From sequence record MZ574432.2: 64,000 nt of DNA; one strand, given 5' to 3'. The position numbers and the translations under genes were made by a program. This document shows positions 27,560 to 35,535 of this stretch, one piece after another. How positions within the stretch are numbered: the stretch's first letter is position 1; each line of letters starts with the position of its first letter. Below the pieces are notes generated by a model. The model had not been told where the DNA came from, searched no databases, and saw only the letters and a list, made by a program, of their open reading frames with translations.

Positions 27560-27730
27560 ATGTCCTTCCGCCTCGCCCTTACCGAAGACGCCCGCTTCAC
27601 CGCCGCCCGTGGCGCGGTCCGCACCGTCCGCGAGCAAGCCCGCCCGGCGCCGCACAAGGACATTGACGGCAAGGCCCTGCTGGCGCCCGCCTCGGCGCTG
27701 GACCGCATCCGCGCCGTTCTCGGGAACTGA
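27560..27730 (+). CDS. gene B, copy 3
   Basis: Identical translation. Confidence 0.7.
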   Translation: MSFRLALTEDARFTAARGAVRTVREQARPAPHKDIDGKALLAPASALDRIRAVLGN

Positions 27731-27733
27731 GTC

Positions 27734-27925
27734 ATGAAGGTCATCGCGCACTATGCCAACGGCCTGCAACGGGTCATCCCCTGCGAGACCTCGCAAGAGG
27801 CTGTGGCCGCGATCAAGGCGGCTCTGACCTATGATCGCGCCGCCAAGTTCACGCTTGACAAGCGCCTTGCCTCGGCGATCCCGACCCGCGCCGCCTCCGA
27901 ACGGGTTTGGCTGTTGAGCGCGTGA
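27734..27925 (+). CDS. gene C, copy 3
   Basis: Identical translation. Confidence 0.7.
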   Translation: MKVIAHYANGLQRVIPCETSQEAVAAIKAALTYDRAAKFTLDKRLASAIPTRAASERVWLLSA

Positions 27926-28019
27926 GGGCGATCGAAAAAAGATCGCCTCACCGCAAAAAACCTGTTGACTCGCATAAGGCCCCTATGCGATAAAAGGTCA
28001 TCGGCAACGGAGACACGCC

Positions 28020-28214
28020 ATGACCTTCCACCACAACCTGATGAGCAAGCTGGACGCGGCCCAAATGGCGGGCGAAATGACCTACGCCCAACACGCCGAC
28101 ATGCGCGCCACGCTGCGGGCCTCCAACATGCGCGGTCAAGTCTTCACCTCGATGGATGAACTGCGCAAGGCCTGCAAGGGCGCCGGTCGCGACTTCCAAG
28201 GCCGGTTCGCCTAA
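28020..28214 (+). CDS. gene A, copy 4
   Basis: Identical translation. Confidence 0.8.
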   Translation: MTFHHNLMSKLDAAQMAGEMTYAQHADMRATLRASNMRGQVFTSMDELRKACKGAGRDFQGRFA

Positions 28215-28444
28215 GACCCCCTCCCCTGAGAGGCCCGCCCTAGAGGCGGGCTTTTTCTTGGCCGTTAGCCTCTCGTTAAGGTTAATCCCCAGGCCCTCTG
28301 GGGTTAACCTTAACGCGGCGTTAAGGTTAACCCCGGCGGCCCAGGCCTTAACCATGGCAAGGAAAAAAGATCGCTTTCCTGCGAGAAAGCTGTTGACCGC
28401 ATAAAGGCAATATGCGACAAAGGGTCATCAACGGAGCTAGTCCA

Positions 28445-28615
28445 ATGTCCTTCCGCCTCGCCCTTACCGAAGACGCCCGCTTCACCGCCGCCCGTGGCGC
28501 GGTCCGCACCGTCCGCGAGCAAGCCCGCCCGGCGCCGCACAAGGACATTGACGGCAAGGCCCTGCTGGCGCCCGCCTCGGCGCTGGACCGCATCCGCGCC
28601 GTTCTCGGGAACTGA
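28445..28615 (+). CDS. gene B, copy 4
   Basis: Identical translation. Confidence 0.7.
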   Translation: MSFRLALTEDARFTAARGAVRTVREQARPAPHKDIDGKALLAPASALDRIRAVLGN

Positions 28616-28618
28616 GTC

Positions 28619-28810
28619 ATGAAGGTCATCGCGCACTATGCCAACGGCCTGCAACGGGTCATCCCCTGCGAGACCTCGCAAGAGGCTGTGGCCGCGATCA
28701 AGGCGGCTCTGACCTATGATCGCGCCGCCAAGTTCACGCTTGACAAGCGCCTTGCCTCGGCGATCCCGACCCGCGCCGCCTCCGAACGGGTTTGGCTGTT
28801 GAGCGCGTGA
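28619..28810 (+). CDS. gene C, copy 4
   Basis: Identical translation. Confidence 0.7.
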   Translation: MKVIAHYANGLQRVIPCETSQEAVAAIKAALTYDRAAKFTLDKRLASAIPTRAASERVWLLSA

Positions 28811-28904
28811 GGGCGATCGAAAAAAGATCGCCTCACCGCAAAAAACCTGTTGACTCGCATAAGGCCCCTATGCGATAAAAGGTCATCGGCAACGGAGACA
28901 CGCC

Positions 28905-29099
28905 ATGACCTTCCACCACAACCTGATGAGCAAGCTGGACGCGGCCCAAATGGCGGGCGAAATGACCTACGCCCAACACGCCGACATGCGCGCCACGCTG
29001 CGGGCCTCCAACATGCGCGGTCAAGTCTTCACCTCGATGGATGAACTGCGCAAGGCCTGCAAGGGCGCCGGTCGCGACTTCCAAGGCCGGTTCGCCTAA
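28905..29099 (+). CDS. gene A, copy 5
   Basis: Identical translation. Confidence 0.8.
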   Translation: MTFHHNLMSKLDAAQMAGEMTYAQHADMRATLRASNMRGQVFTSMDELRKACKGAGRDFQGRFA

Positions 29100-29329
29100 G
29101 ACCCCCTCCCCTGAGAGGCCCGCCCTAGAGGCGGGCTTTTTCTTGGCCGTTAGCCTCTCGTTAAGGTTAATCCCCAGGCCCTCTGGGGTTAACCTTAACG
29201 CGGCGTTAAGGTTAACCCCGGCGGCCCAGGCCTTAACCATGGCAAGGAAAAAAGATCGCTTTCCTGCGAGAAAGCTGTTGACCGCATAAAGGCAATATGC
29301 GACAAAGGGTCATCAACGGAGCTAGTCCA

Positions 29330-29500
29330 ATGTCCTTCCGCCTCGCCCTTACCGAAGACGCCCGCTTCACCGCCGCCCGTGGCGCGGTCCGCACCGTCCG
29401 CGAGCAAGCCCGCCCGGCGCCGCACAAGGACATTGACGGCAAGGCCCTGCTGGCGCCCGCCTCGGCGCTGGACCGCATCCGCGCCGTTCTCGGGAACTGA
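29330..29500 (+). CDS. gene B, copy 5
   Basis: Identical translation. Confidence 0.7.
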   Translation: MSFRLALTEDARFTAARGAVRTVREQARPAPHKDIDGKALLAPASALDRIRAVLGN

Positions 29501-29503
29501 GTC

Positions 29504-29695
29504 ATGAAGGTCATCGCGCACTATGCCAACGGCCTGCAACGGGTCATCCCCTGCGAGACCTCGCAAGAGGCTGTGGCCGCGATCAAGGCGGCTCTGACCT
29601 ATGATCGCGCCGCCAAGTTCACGCTTGACAAGCGCCTTGCCTCGGCGATCCCGACCCGCGCCGCCTCCGAACGGGTTTGGCTGTTGAGCGCGTGA
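29504..29695 (+). CDS. gene C, copy 5
   Basis: Identical translation. Confidence 0.7.
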   Translation: MKVIAHYANGLQRVIPCETSQEAVAAIKAALTYDRAAKFTLDKRLASAIPTRAASERVWLLSA

Positions 29696-29789
29696 GGGCG
29701 ATCGAAAAAAGATCGCCTCACCGCAAAAAACCTGTTGACTCGCATAAGGCCCCTATGCGATAAAAGGTCATCGGCAACGGAGACACGCC

Positions 29790-29984
29790 ATGACCTTCCA
29801 CCACACCATGATGAGCAAGCTGGACGCGGCGATGATGTCGGGCGAACTGACCTACGCGCAACACAGCGACATGCGCGCGGCCCTCCGCGCCGCCAACATG
29901 AGCGGCCAAGTCTTCACCTCGATGAACGAGCTTCGCGCCGCTTGCAAGGGCGCGGGTCGCGACTTCCAAGGCCGGTTCGCTTAA
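29790..29984 (+). CDS. gene A' (64 aa), diverged paralogue of gene A
   Basis: MTFHHTMMSKLDAAMMSGELT.. versus MTFHHNLMSKLDAAQMAGEMT.. Confidence 0.8.
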   Translation: MTFHHTMMSKLDAAMMSGELTYAQHSDMRAALRAANMSGQVFTSMNELRAACKGAGRDFQGRFA

Positions 29985-30008
29985 GAGCCGGCAACCTTAC
30001 TGACCAGA

Positions 30009-30034
30009 GCCCGCCCTTCGAGGCGGGCTTTTTC
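30009..30034 (+). terminator. intrinsic terminator ending the early array
   Basis: AGCCCGCC-CTTCGA-GGCGGGCT-TTTT. Confidence 0.8.
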
Positions 30035-30039
30035 GTGCG

Positions 30040-30540
30040 CGCCGCTAAGGGAGGCTCCAAGGCCGGCGCCCAGGCCGGTATGACCATAAGAAGGTTCCAA
30101 GAAAGTATGGCCCTACCCAAAGGGTCCAGGGACCCAAGGCCGGGGTTTGTTGCATTTCTGCAACAGGCCCCTCAGGCGCCTCTGAATCACATTGAAAAAT
30201 CCAGATACCAAAGGTCTCTGAAAATCGAAGGCCCTGTTTTTCCGGCCGGCGATCGCCTAAATCCAGGACCCCTGTCTCTAAAAATTTTATAAAAAATTCA
30301 AGCACTTGGAAAGGGGTCCCTGTTTTCCGGCAGGGTAAAAATAATTCTCAAGTACCACTTCTAAAAATTTTTTATAAAAATGCAGCTTTAGGTAAAGTAC
30401 CCCTATAAGTTGCATATCCGGCCATTTGCCGGACATTTGCCGGACATGTCCAGCGCGCACCAGTATCAATGAATTCAAAGGCTTAGGTGAAAAGCTGGAC
30501 ATTTGCCGGACATCATCCGGCCAAATCCGGCCAGAGCCCC
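30040..30540. other. AT-rich non-coding boundary with short repeats
   Basis: A/T tracts TCTAAAAATTTT..ATAAAAA twice, CCCTGTTTTCCGGC twice, GGACATTTGCC repeats. Confidence 0.65.
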
Positions 30541-30546
30541 ACAACC

Positions 30547-30879
30547 TTAGCGGATGACACCCGAGGTCATCAGGTCCTGGCAGGCGTCTTCGACCGGCGG
30601 CGCGGCGGTATAGGCCTGGGTGTGATCGCGCATCGACAGCGCCGGCAGGGCGTCCAGATAGAGGCGATTGAACCGCGCGGCCTTGAGCATGTAGTCCTGG
30701 GTGAGCGCCGCGCGCCCGACAGTGCCGGCTGGCGCCTCGCAGACCTTGAGCGCTGCGTCCATCCACTGGCGCTGGGCCAGATTGAGCGCCTCGATCTGGC
30801 GATTGTGACGATCCCACGGCGTGGCCAGTATCACGACCACGACGATGACGCCAAAGAGGATCACGGAAAGGCGCATCAT
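30547..30879 (-). CDS. membrane-anchored hypothetical protein (~110 aa)
   Basis: N-terminal hydrophobic helix; ATGA coupling. Confidence 0.7.
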   Translation of the reverse strand: MMRLSVILFGVIVVVVILATPWDRHNRQIEALNLAQRQWMDAALKVCEAPAGTVGRAALTQDYMLKAARFNRLYLDALPALSMRDHTQAYTAAPPVEDACQDLMTSGVIR

Positions 30880-31100
30880 CGGTGTCTCATCCAATCGAGC
30901 AGCGGCGGCAGGAAGCCGTCATAGAAGGCAAAGACCATCAGCACCAGGAACACCAGCCACAGCACGATCCCGGCGATGTCGGCCAGCAGGTTGGGCTCCT
31001 CGCCCATCGGCTCCCAGCCGGTGCCGTCGCACTCGCCCATCTGGCAGAGGATGCAGTCCTCGTGGTGGTGGTAGAGGACCTTGTCAGGCTTGGACGCCAT
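30876..31100 (-). CDS. small Cys-containing membrane protein (74 aa)
   Basis: CILC..CDG motif followed by a transmembrane helix. Confidence 0.7.
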   Translation of the reverse strand: MASKPDKVLYHHHEDCILCQMGECDGTGWEPMGEEPNLLADIAGIVLWLVFLVLMVFAFYDGFLPPLLDWMRHR

Positions 31101-31317
31101 CGTCGTCCTCGTCGTCGGGGTTTTCCTCGTCATAGACGCAGTCGGGGCAGGTCAGGTCGCCGTCCATGTTCACCCGCCAGCCATTGACCTCCAGTTCGGT
31201 CTTGGCCTCTTCCAGCGACAGGGTCAGCGGCCCGCCCGCGCGGAAGGCCTCCACCGGCTCGCTCTCGGTCTTGCACTTGTCGCACGACACGTCGACCATG
31301 GCTCGATCAAACCCCAT
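31084..31317 (-). CDS. small zinc-ribbon protein (77 aa)
   Basis: CDKC..CPDC. Confidence 0.65.
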   Translation of the reverse strand: MGFDRAMVDVSCDKCKTESEPVEAFRAGGPLTLSLEEAKTELEVNGWRVNMDGDLTCPDCVYDEENPDDEDDDGVQA

Positions 31318-31888
31318 GGGCCTCACTCCTCTCACTTTCGGCAAGGTGCGCCAGCACCGTCGGATACCGCTTGGCCATCTCGGCGGCGAACGACTTGGCG
31401 TCGATGCGCCCATCGGGCGTGGCGCGCCCGGCCGCCAGCTTGTCGAGCCGCTCGATCAGCGCGTAGGCGCTCGCCTCGCAGCCGTTATAGTAGGCTTCCA
31501 TCATCCCGATCAGCGAGTCCAACTCCGAGATCACCTCGTCGAGGACGCTGGCCTTGACCACCACCATGCGCTCGGCGCGGAACGCGGCTTCCTGCGCCTC
31601 GGCCTGCTTGCGCGCCCGGCGCTCCTCGTTGACGGCATGACACACCCGGTCGATCGCCTTGTCAAAGCCGGTGACCTCGGGATGCGACGAGCGCACGTGA
31701 TCGCGCAGCGGGGCAAACAGGCGATGGTAGTGATAGCCGTCGCGCTTCCAGGTCTTCTCGCAGAACGGGCAGAACATGCGCCCGCCGCCGGCCATGGCGC
31801 TGAGCGCGGTGATCGTGCCGGTCGCCATCGACGGCGGCGCCTTCAGCATCGCCTGGGCGTGGCGCTGGTAGTCGCAGGCCTCAAACAT
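31307..31888 (-). CDS. zinc-finger-containing hypothetical protein (193 aa)
   Basis: CPFC..H..H motif. Confidence 0.75.
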   Translation of the reverse strand: MFEACDYQRHAQAMLKAPPSMATGTITALSAMAGGGRMFCPFCEKTWKRDGYHYHRLFAPLRDHVRSSHPEVTGFDKAIDRVCHAVNEERRARKQAEAQEAAFRAERMVVVKASVLDEVISELDSLIGMMEAYYNGCEASAYALIERLDKLAAGRATPDGRIDAKSFAAEMAKRYPTVLAHLAESERSEAHGV

Positions 31889-32597
31889 CGCGGCGCTCCC
31901 AGGTGGCGATGACCTCGCGCACCAGGGCGTGCAGCACGTGGCGGCGATTGCGGTCCATGAAGAGGTATTGGCGTTCGGCCGCGTCCTGGGCCGGCATCGG
32001 GCCTAGCAAGAGGTTCTGGCGCGTGACGACGTCATTGCCGAACACGAAGTCGGACTTGGCCTCGGCCAGTTGCGCCTGGGCCGCCGCGACCTGGGTCGTC
32101 TCATCGGCGCCGGCCGTGGTCTTGAAGCCCACCGCGATCACGTCGGGACGGTGGTTCTTGATCTTGCCCAGGAGCTTGGTCGCCGGCGTCAGCCGCATGG
32201 TCTGCTCGCCGTGACGGCTTTTCAGGCGCTCGGCGTGAGACCCTGACGGCGTCGGCTGCCCATCCTCCAGGATCGTGCCGTTGTAGTCGCACAAGGCCAC
32301 GTTCATGATCACCACGGCGGTGGCCGGATCATCCAGGATCGCTTCGAGCCGGTAGTTGACGTCGCGGTTGGTGATCAGCGTGCTTCTGTGGTCGGCCATC
32401 TTGGTCAGGTGCAGCTTGACCTCCGGCTGCCCAGGCAGGATGAACCCCTCGACCGGGTGGCGCGTCTGGGGCAGGTAGAGATTGAAGAGAGCCGTCAGAT
32501 CACGCGCCGTTCCGCCAAACGCCCGCGCCGCCAGCGACAGGTGACTGCGCACGTCGCTGAAGGTGCCGCCGCCCAGGATGTGGATGTTGCCGCGCAT
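31881..32597 (-). CDS. CoaB-like phosphopantothenate-cysteine ligase (DFP C-terminal domain)
   Basis: ILGGGT..VR, NVALCDY, VGFKTT and FGNDV motifs match CoaB/PPCS. Confidence 0.75.
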   Translation of the reverse strand: MRGNIHILGGGTFSDVRSHLSLAARAFGGTARDLTALFNLYLPQTRHPVEGFILPGQPEVKLHLTKMADHRSTLITNRDVNYRLEAILDDPATAVVIMNVALCDYNGTILEDGQPTPSGSHAERLKSRHGEQTMRLTPATKLLGKIKNHRPDVIAVGFKTTAGADETTQVAAAQAQLAEAKSDFVFGNDVVTRQNLLLGPMPAQDAAERQYLFMDRNRRHVLHALVREVIATWERRDV

Positions 32598-32601
32598 GAT
32601 C

Positions 32602-32781
32602 TCAGACCCATTCCGCATAGAGGATGTTGCCGGGGCAGTCTGCCCCATCGCCGCCTTTGTGCCGGCGCGGGAACCGTTCGCTGCCATCGCCCACATGGCG
32701 GCCTTCACGCGGCAGCCGACCCGCCGACAGCTTGCCGCAGACGACGCACTTGAACCGCGTGGGCTGGCCGGCCTCAGTCAA
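32602..32781 (-). CDS. small zinc-finger protein (59 aa)
   Basis: Manual translation from TTG: MTEAGQPTRFKCVVCGK..RH..DCPG; fills the gap with a coupled start. Confidence 0.55.
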   Translation of the reverse strand: MTEAGQPTRFKCVVCGKLSAGRLPREGRHVGDGSERFPRRHKGGDGADCPGNILYAEWV

Positions 32782-33217
32782 GTCGATCCACGATGCTCAC
32801 GCCATGGAACATCGCCGTCGGATAGACCTTGGCCATGTACTGGCCGTGCAGGTCCTCCTCGATCTCCTCGGTCAGGACCTTGGCCACCTCCAGGTCGGCG
32901 CTGGCCTGCCGCCCGCGCAGCAGCGCGATCGTCACCCGGATCAGCGCGCGCAGCAGCAGAGCGTGACGATCTCTCGACCCGGCCGCGTCGAGCAGCAATT
33001 CCATGCCTTCCAGTCGCATGGCGGCGCGGTACGACGTCTCATAGTAGGGGCGCGAGCCCTCGGCTGGCGCGATCGTATCGAGCAGCATCACGAACGTCGA
33101 AGGCGTGGCGTTGTCGCTCGTCCCGAGCAAGAGCTTCCAGGCGCGCGCGACGCGGTCGATCAGGTCGACGACCGGCGCAAGGCGGATCGGATCATGACCT
33201 TCGATAGCATCGATCAT
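32774..33217 (-). CDS. hypothetical protein (147 aa)
   Basis: Coupled ORF in the operon. Confidence 0.75.
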   Translation of the reverse strand: MIDAIEGHDPIRLAPVVDLIDRVARAWKLLLGTSDNATPSTFVMLLDTIAPAEGSRPYYETSYRAAMRLEGMELLLDAAGSRDRHALLLRALIRVTIALLRGRQASADLEVAKVLTEEIEEDLHGQYMAKVYPTAMFHGVSIVDRLD

Positions 33218-33681
33218 GCCGCACCCGCCTTCTCGGTGCTCAGCGGCAGCACGACCTCACCACACGGGGCCTCGGCCGGCGCATCCACGGGTGGGAAGAC
33301 CGACAGGTCCACATAGGTCCAGGTCTTGATCCACCAGCACCAGCACAGGCGCCCGTGAGGCTTGGGACGGTCGCGGTTGGGCGCCACCTCATCGCTGAGC
33401 CCGTAGAGTTTCTTCAGTTCATGGCGGATGGCTCTGGCCAGCGTCTCGGGCGCGACGGCCTCGGCGGTCCAGGGCACGGCGACCAGATCGATGTCGCGCT
33501 CGCGGCTGCCATGCACCGCCAGGGCATAGCCCAGCTTCCGCGCCTCACGCCGCAGCGGGCGGATCAGGCGGCGCGCCAGGGCCTTGACCTTCTTGGGGTC
33601 GGCCGCGTCGGTGGAGTAGCCCCCATTGTGGACCTTGATCGGCTCGACCGACTTGTCGGGCGACTTCTTCTTCATGCTCAC
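33214..33681 (-). CDS. minimal nucleotidyltransferase-like protein
   Basis: VHGS..RDIDLVAVPW (GS + DxD) motif. Confidence 0.6.
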   Translation of the reverse strand: MSMKKKSPDKSVEPIKVHNGGYSTDAADPKKVKALARRLIRPLRREARKLGYALAVHGSRERDIDLVAVPWTAEAVAPETLARAIRHELKKLYGLSDEVAPNRDRPKPHGRLCWCWWIKTWTYVDLSVFPPVDAPAEAPCGEVVLPLSTEKAGAA

Positions 33682-34097
33682 TTCCAGGCATCCTTCGGCA
33701 GCAGCGGGCGCAGGATGCGGCTGATCGTCGAGGTGGCGGCATACAGCAGGTCCCGCACGCCGCTGGGATTGTTGTCGCCGGCAAAGCGGCTCTCACGCAC
33801 GACCTGATCGCTGTATTCGAGATTGCCCAGCGCGCGATGCAGGTCCTTGACCTGATAGGCCGGCAGCGTCACGGTCACCGCGCCGTCACGGGGCATGTCG
33901 CTGATCGCGTCGAAGACCCGGTCGACCCACTGGGCGAACCGCGCCGCCGTCTCAGCGTCCGTGAACGACACGGACTTGACGAACATGCGGTTGAGCAACG
34001 CCAAGTCCTCATTCTCCTCGATCAGCTTCGACAGGCGCACCAGATGCGTCACGGGCTCGATCTCGTCGATGGAGGCCCAGGTCGTGTACTCGGTCAT
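33678..34097 (-). CDS. hypothetical protein (139 aa)
   Basis: Coupled ORF. Confidence 0.75.
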   Translation of the reverse strand: MTEYTTWASIDEIEPVTHLVRLSKLIEENEDLALLNRMFVKSVSFTDAETAARFAQWVDRVFDAISDMPRDGAVTVTLPAYQVKDLHRALGNLEYSDQVVRESRFAGDNNPSGVRDLLYAATSTISRILRPLLPKDAWK

Positions 34098-34345
34098 CAG
34101 TAGCTCTGTTTTCTGTCCCGAGGCGTGAACTGCCCCGGATTGAGATCAGCGTTCGGCTCGCGCTTGATCGACAGCAGGCGCGAGCCGTCATCGGCCTCAT
34201 GCCAGTCGTCAAGATCGCCAGCGTCCAGCCGCGCGCGGGCCTCGGCCTCCGAGGTCGCCTCGACATACTGGATGATCTCGCGGCGCACGGCCACGCGGTA
34301 GGCGTACTGCTTGATCAGCTTGGGCGCCGGCTCAGTCCTGCTCAC
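34097..34345 (-). CDS. hypothetical protein (82 aa)
   Basis: Coupled ORF with GTG start. Confidence 0.7.
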   Translation of the reverse strand: MSRTEPAPKLIKQYAYRVAVRREIIQYVEATSEAEARARLDAGDLDDWHEADDGSRLLSIKREPNADLNPGQFTPRDRKQSY

Positions 34346-34719
34346 GTGTCCTGGTCCCCTGACTTGAGGCCATGCAGGCGGGTCATCAGGTTGGCCGCGA
34401 GCAGTTCCGGGAACAGCTTTGGATGATTCCAGCGGGTATCAGGCGGGAACAGCACCAGTTTCTCGCCGCTGAGATAGGTGAAGACCCGATCGACGATCTC
34501 GATCATCAGCGACTTCATCTCTTCGTCCGAGATGCGGCTAAGATCGTTCCAGGCGATCTCGCCATAGGGCGAGACCACCTTCACGTCGCTGTAATCGCCC
34601 GTCTTGGAGGACGGGAAGATACCGGCGTGGAGGTCTTCTAGCTGCGTGTTGCGCACGCAGTTGAGCACCAGCGACAGGACGTCGAGTTCATCGGCGTTCC
34701 AGCCGTCATAGAGGCCCAT
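34342..34719 (-). CDS. hypothetical protein (125 aa)
   Basis: Coupled ORF; SRISDEEMKSLM motif. Confidence 0.75.
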   Translation of the reverse strand: MGLYDGWNADELDVLSLVLNCVRNTQLEDLHAGIFPSSKTGDYSDVKVVSPYGEIAWNDLSRISDEEMKSLMIEIVDRVFTYLSGEKLVLFPPDTRWNHPKLFPELLAANLMTRLHGLKSGDQDT

Positions 34720-34964
34720 CAGTAGTCCCTCGGCGGATCATAGGCGCGCTGGTTGTGCATGATCACCGCCTCGTCCATGAACTCGTCGACGAGATCGGCG
34801 AACGCCTCGGCCGACTCCCTGGTCGGGAACGTCGTGGCCAGCGCCAGCCCGTGGCGGAAGCGCTCGGTCTCGATGGGCGTCAGCCGCACGTACCAGATCA
34901 GGCGTTGCAGAGCCGGATCGACGTCCGAATAGACCAGGGTCCAGTCGCTCTCACGATGTTGCAT
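34719..34964 (-). CDS. hypothetical protein (81 aa)
   Basis: Coupled ORF. Confidence 0.7.
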   Translation of the reverse strand: MQHRESDWTLVYSDVDPALQRLIWYVRLTPIETERFRHGLALATTFPTRESAEAFADLVDEFMDEAVIMHNQRAYDPPRDY

Positions 34965-35535
34965 TATAGACCTGCTTGAGCGTCCTGCGGCGGGGGAAGT
35001 GCGGGGTCAGGAACCAGCCGACCTCGTGATCGCCCGGCCGGGAGAACCCCGGAACGATGACGAAGCGGGCCTCGCCGCCGATCACGTCCCAGTCGCCCAC
35101 GTGCTCGGGCTTGACCCCGCGCCCAGGCACGATGCGCACCTGGGCCACGGCGCGGAAGAGGAGGTAGTGGCTGCGCGGCAGGGTGATGCGCAGGTCCGCC
35201 GGCCCCACCTCGGGATCGAACCCAAACAGCATGTCGACGCCAGGATAGTGCTGATCCAGCGTCTCGCCGCGCACCAGTTCCAGCACCACCGCGCCCAGGT
35301 CGTCGCGCCCGTCGGACAGCACGTACCAGTAGCTGGAGTAGATGTGCGGGATCGTCGGGTCGTCGAACACCTGGGCGATGACCATCACCCCGTCTTCGAG
35401 GATGGTGTTGATCTCGCCCAGCGTCGTCGTGCCGATGATGTCGCCCAGGGCGCCGACGTCATCGTCGCCGTGCGGGAACGTCAGCACGAGGTTGACTTCG
35501 TCCTCGGGATTGCCCTTCAGGTGTCGCATCACCAC
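34951..35535 (-). CDS. hypothetical protein (~194 aa)
   Basis: ORF in the operon. Confidence 0.75.
   Translation of the reverse strand: MVMRHLKGNPEDEVNLVLTFPHGDDDVGALGDIIGTTTLGEINTILEDGVMVIAQVFDDPTIPHIYSSYWYVLSDGRDDLGAVVLELVRGETLDQHYPGVDMLFGFDPEVGPADLRITLPRSHYLLFRAVAQVRIVPGRGVKPEHVGDWDVIGGEARFVIVPGFSRPGDHEVGWFLTPHFPRRRTLKQVYNATS

Larger units (their letters stand above)
25344..29805. repeat. five-copy tandem amplification of an ~885-bp three-gene unit
   Basis: Periods 885, 884, 885, 885, 885 from the ORF starts; one C is missing in GACCCCCTCC of copy 2; bounded by a shared 38-bp TCATCGGCAACGGAGACACGCCATGACCTTCCACCACA. Confidence 0.95.

Noticed and set aside
2843-29765. sigma32 (RpoH) promoter assignment for the early motif
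   Set aside because: CCCCAT/CCTAT occurs in some copies, but its distance from TTGAC is about 3 nt shorter than the RpoH consensus and it is not conserved in all copies.
25344-29805. CRISPR-like array
   Set aside because: The units are long, identical, gene-containing tandem copies with no unique spacers, and no cas genes are present.
2843-30034. true integron (attC sites plus integrase)
   Set aside because: No tyrosine recombinase in the window, the palindromes lack the RYYYAAC/GTTRRRY bulged attC architecture, and every cassette has its own promoter. The GTTAAC cores were noted but are not sufficient evidence.
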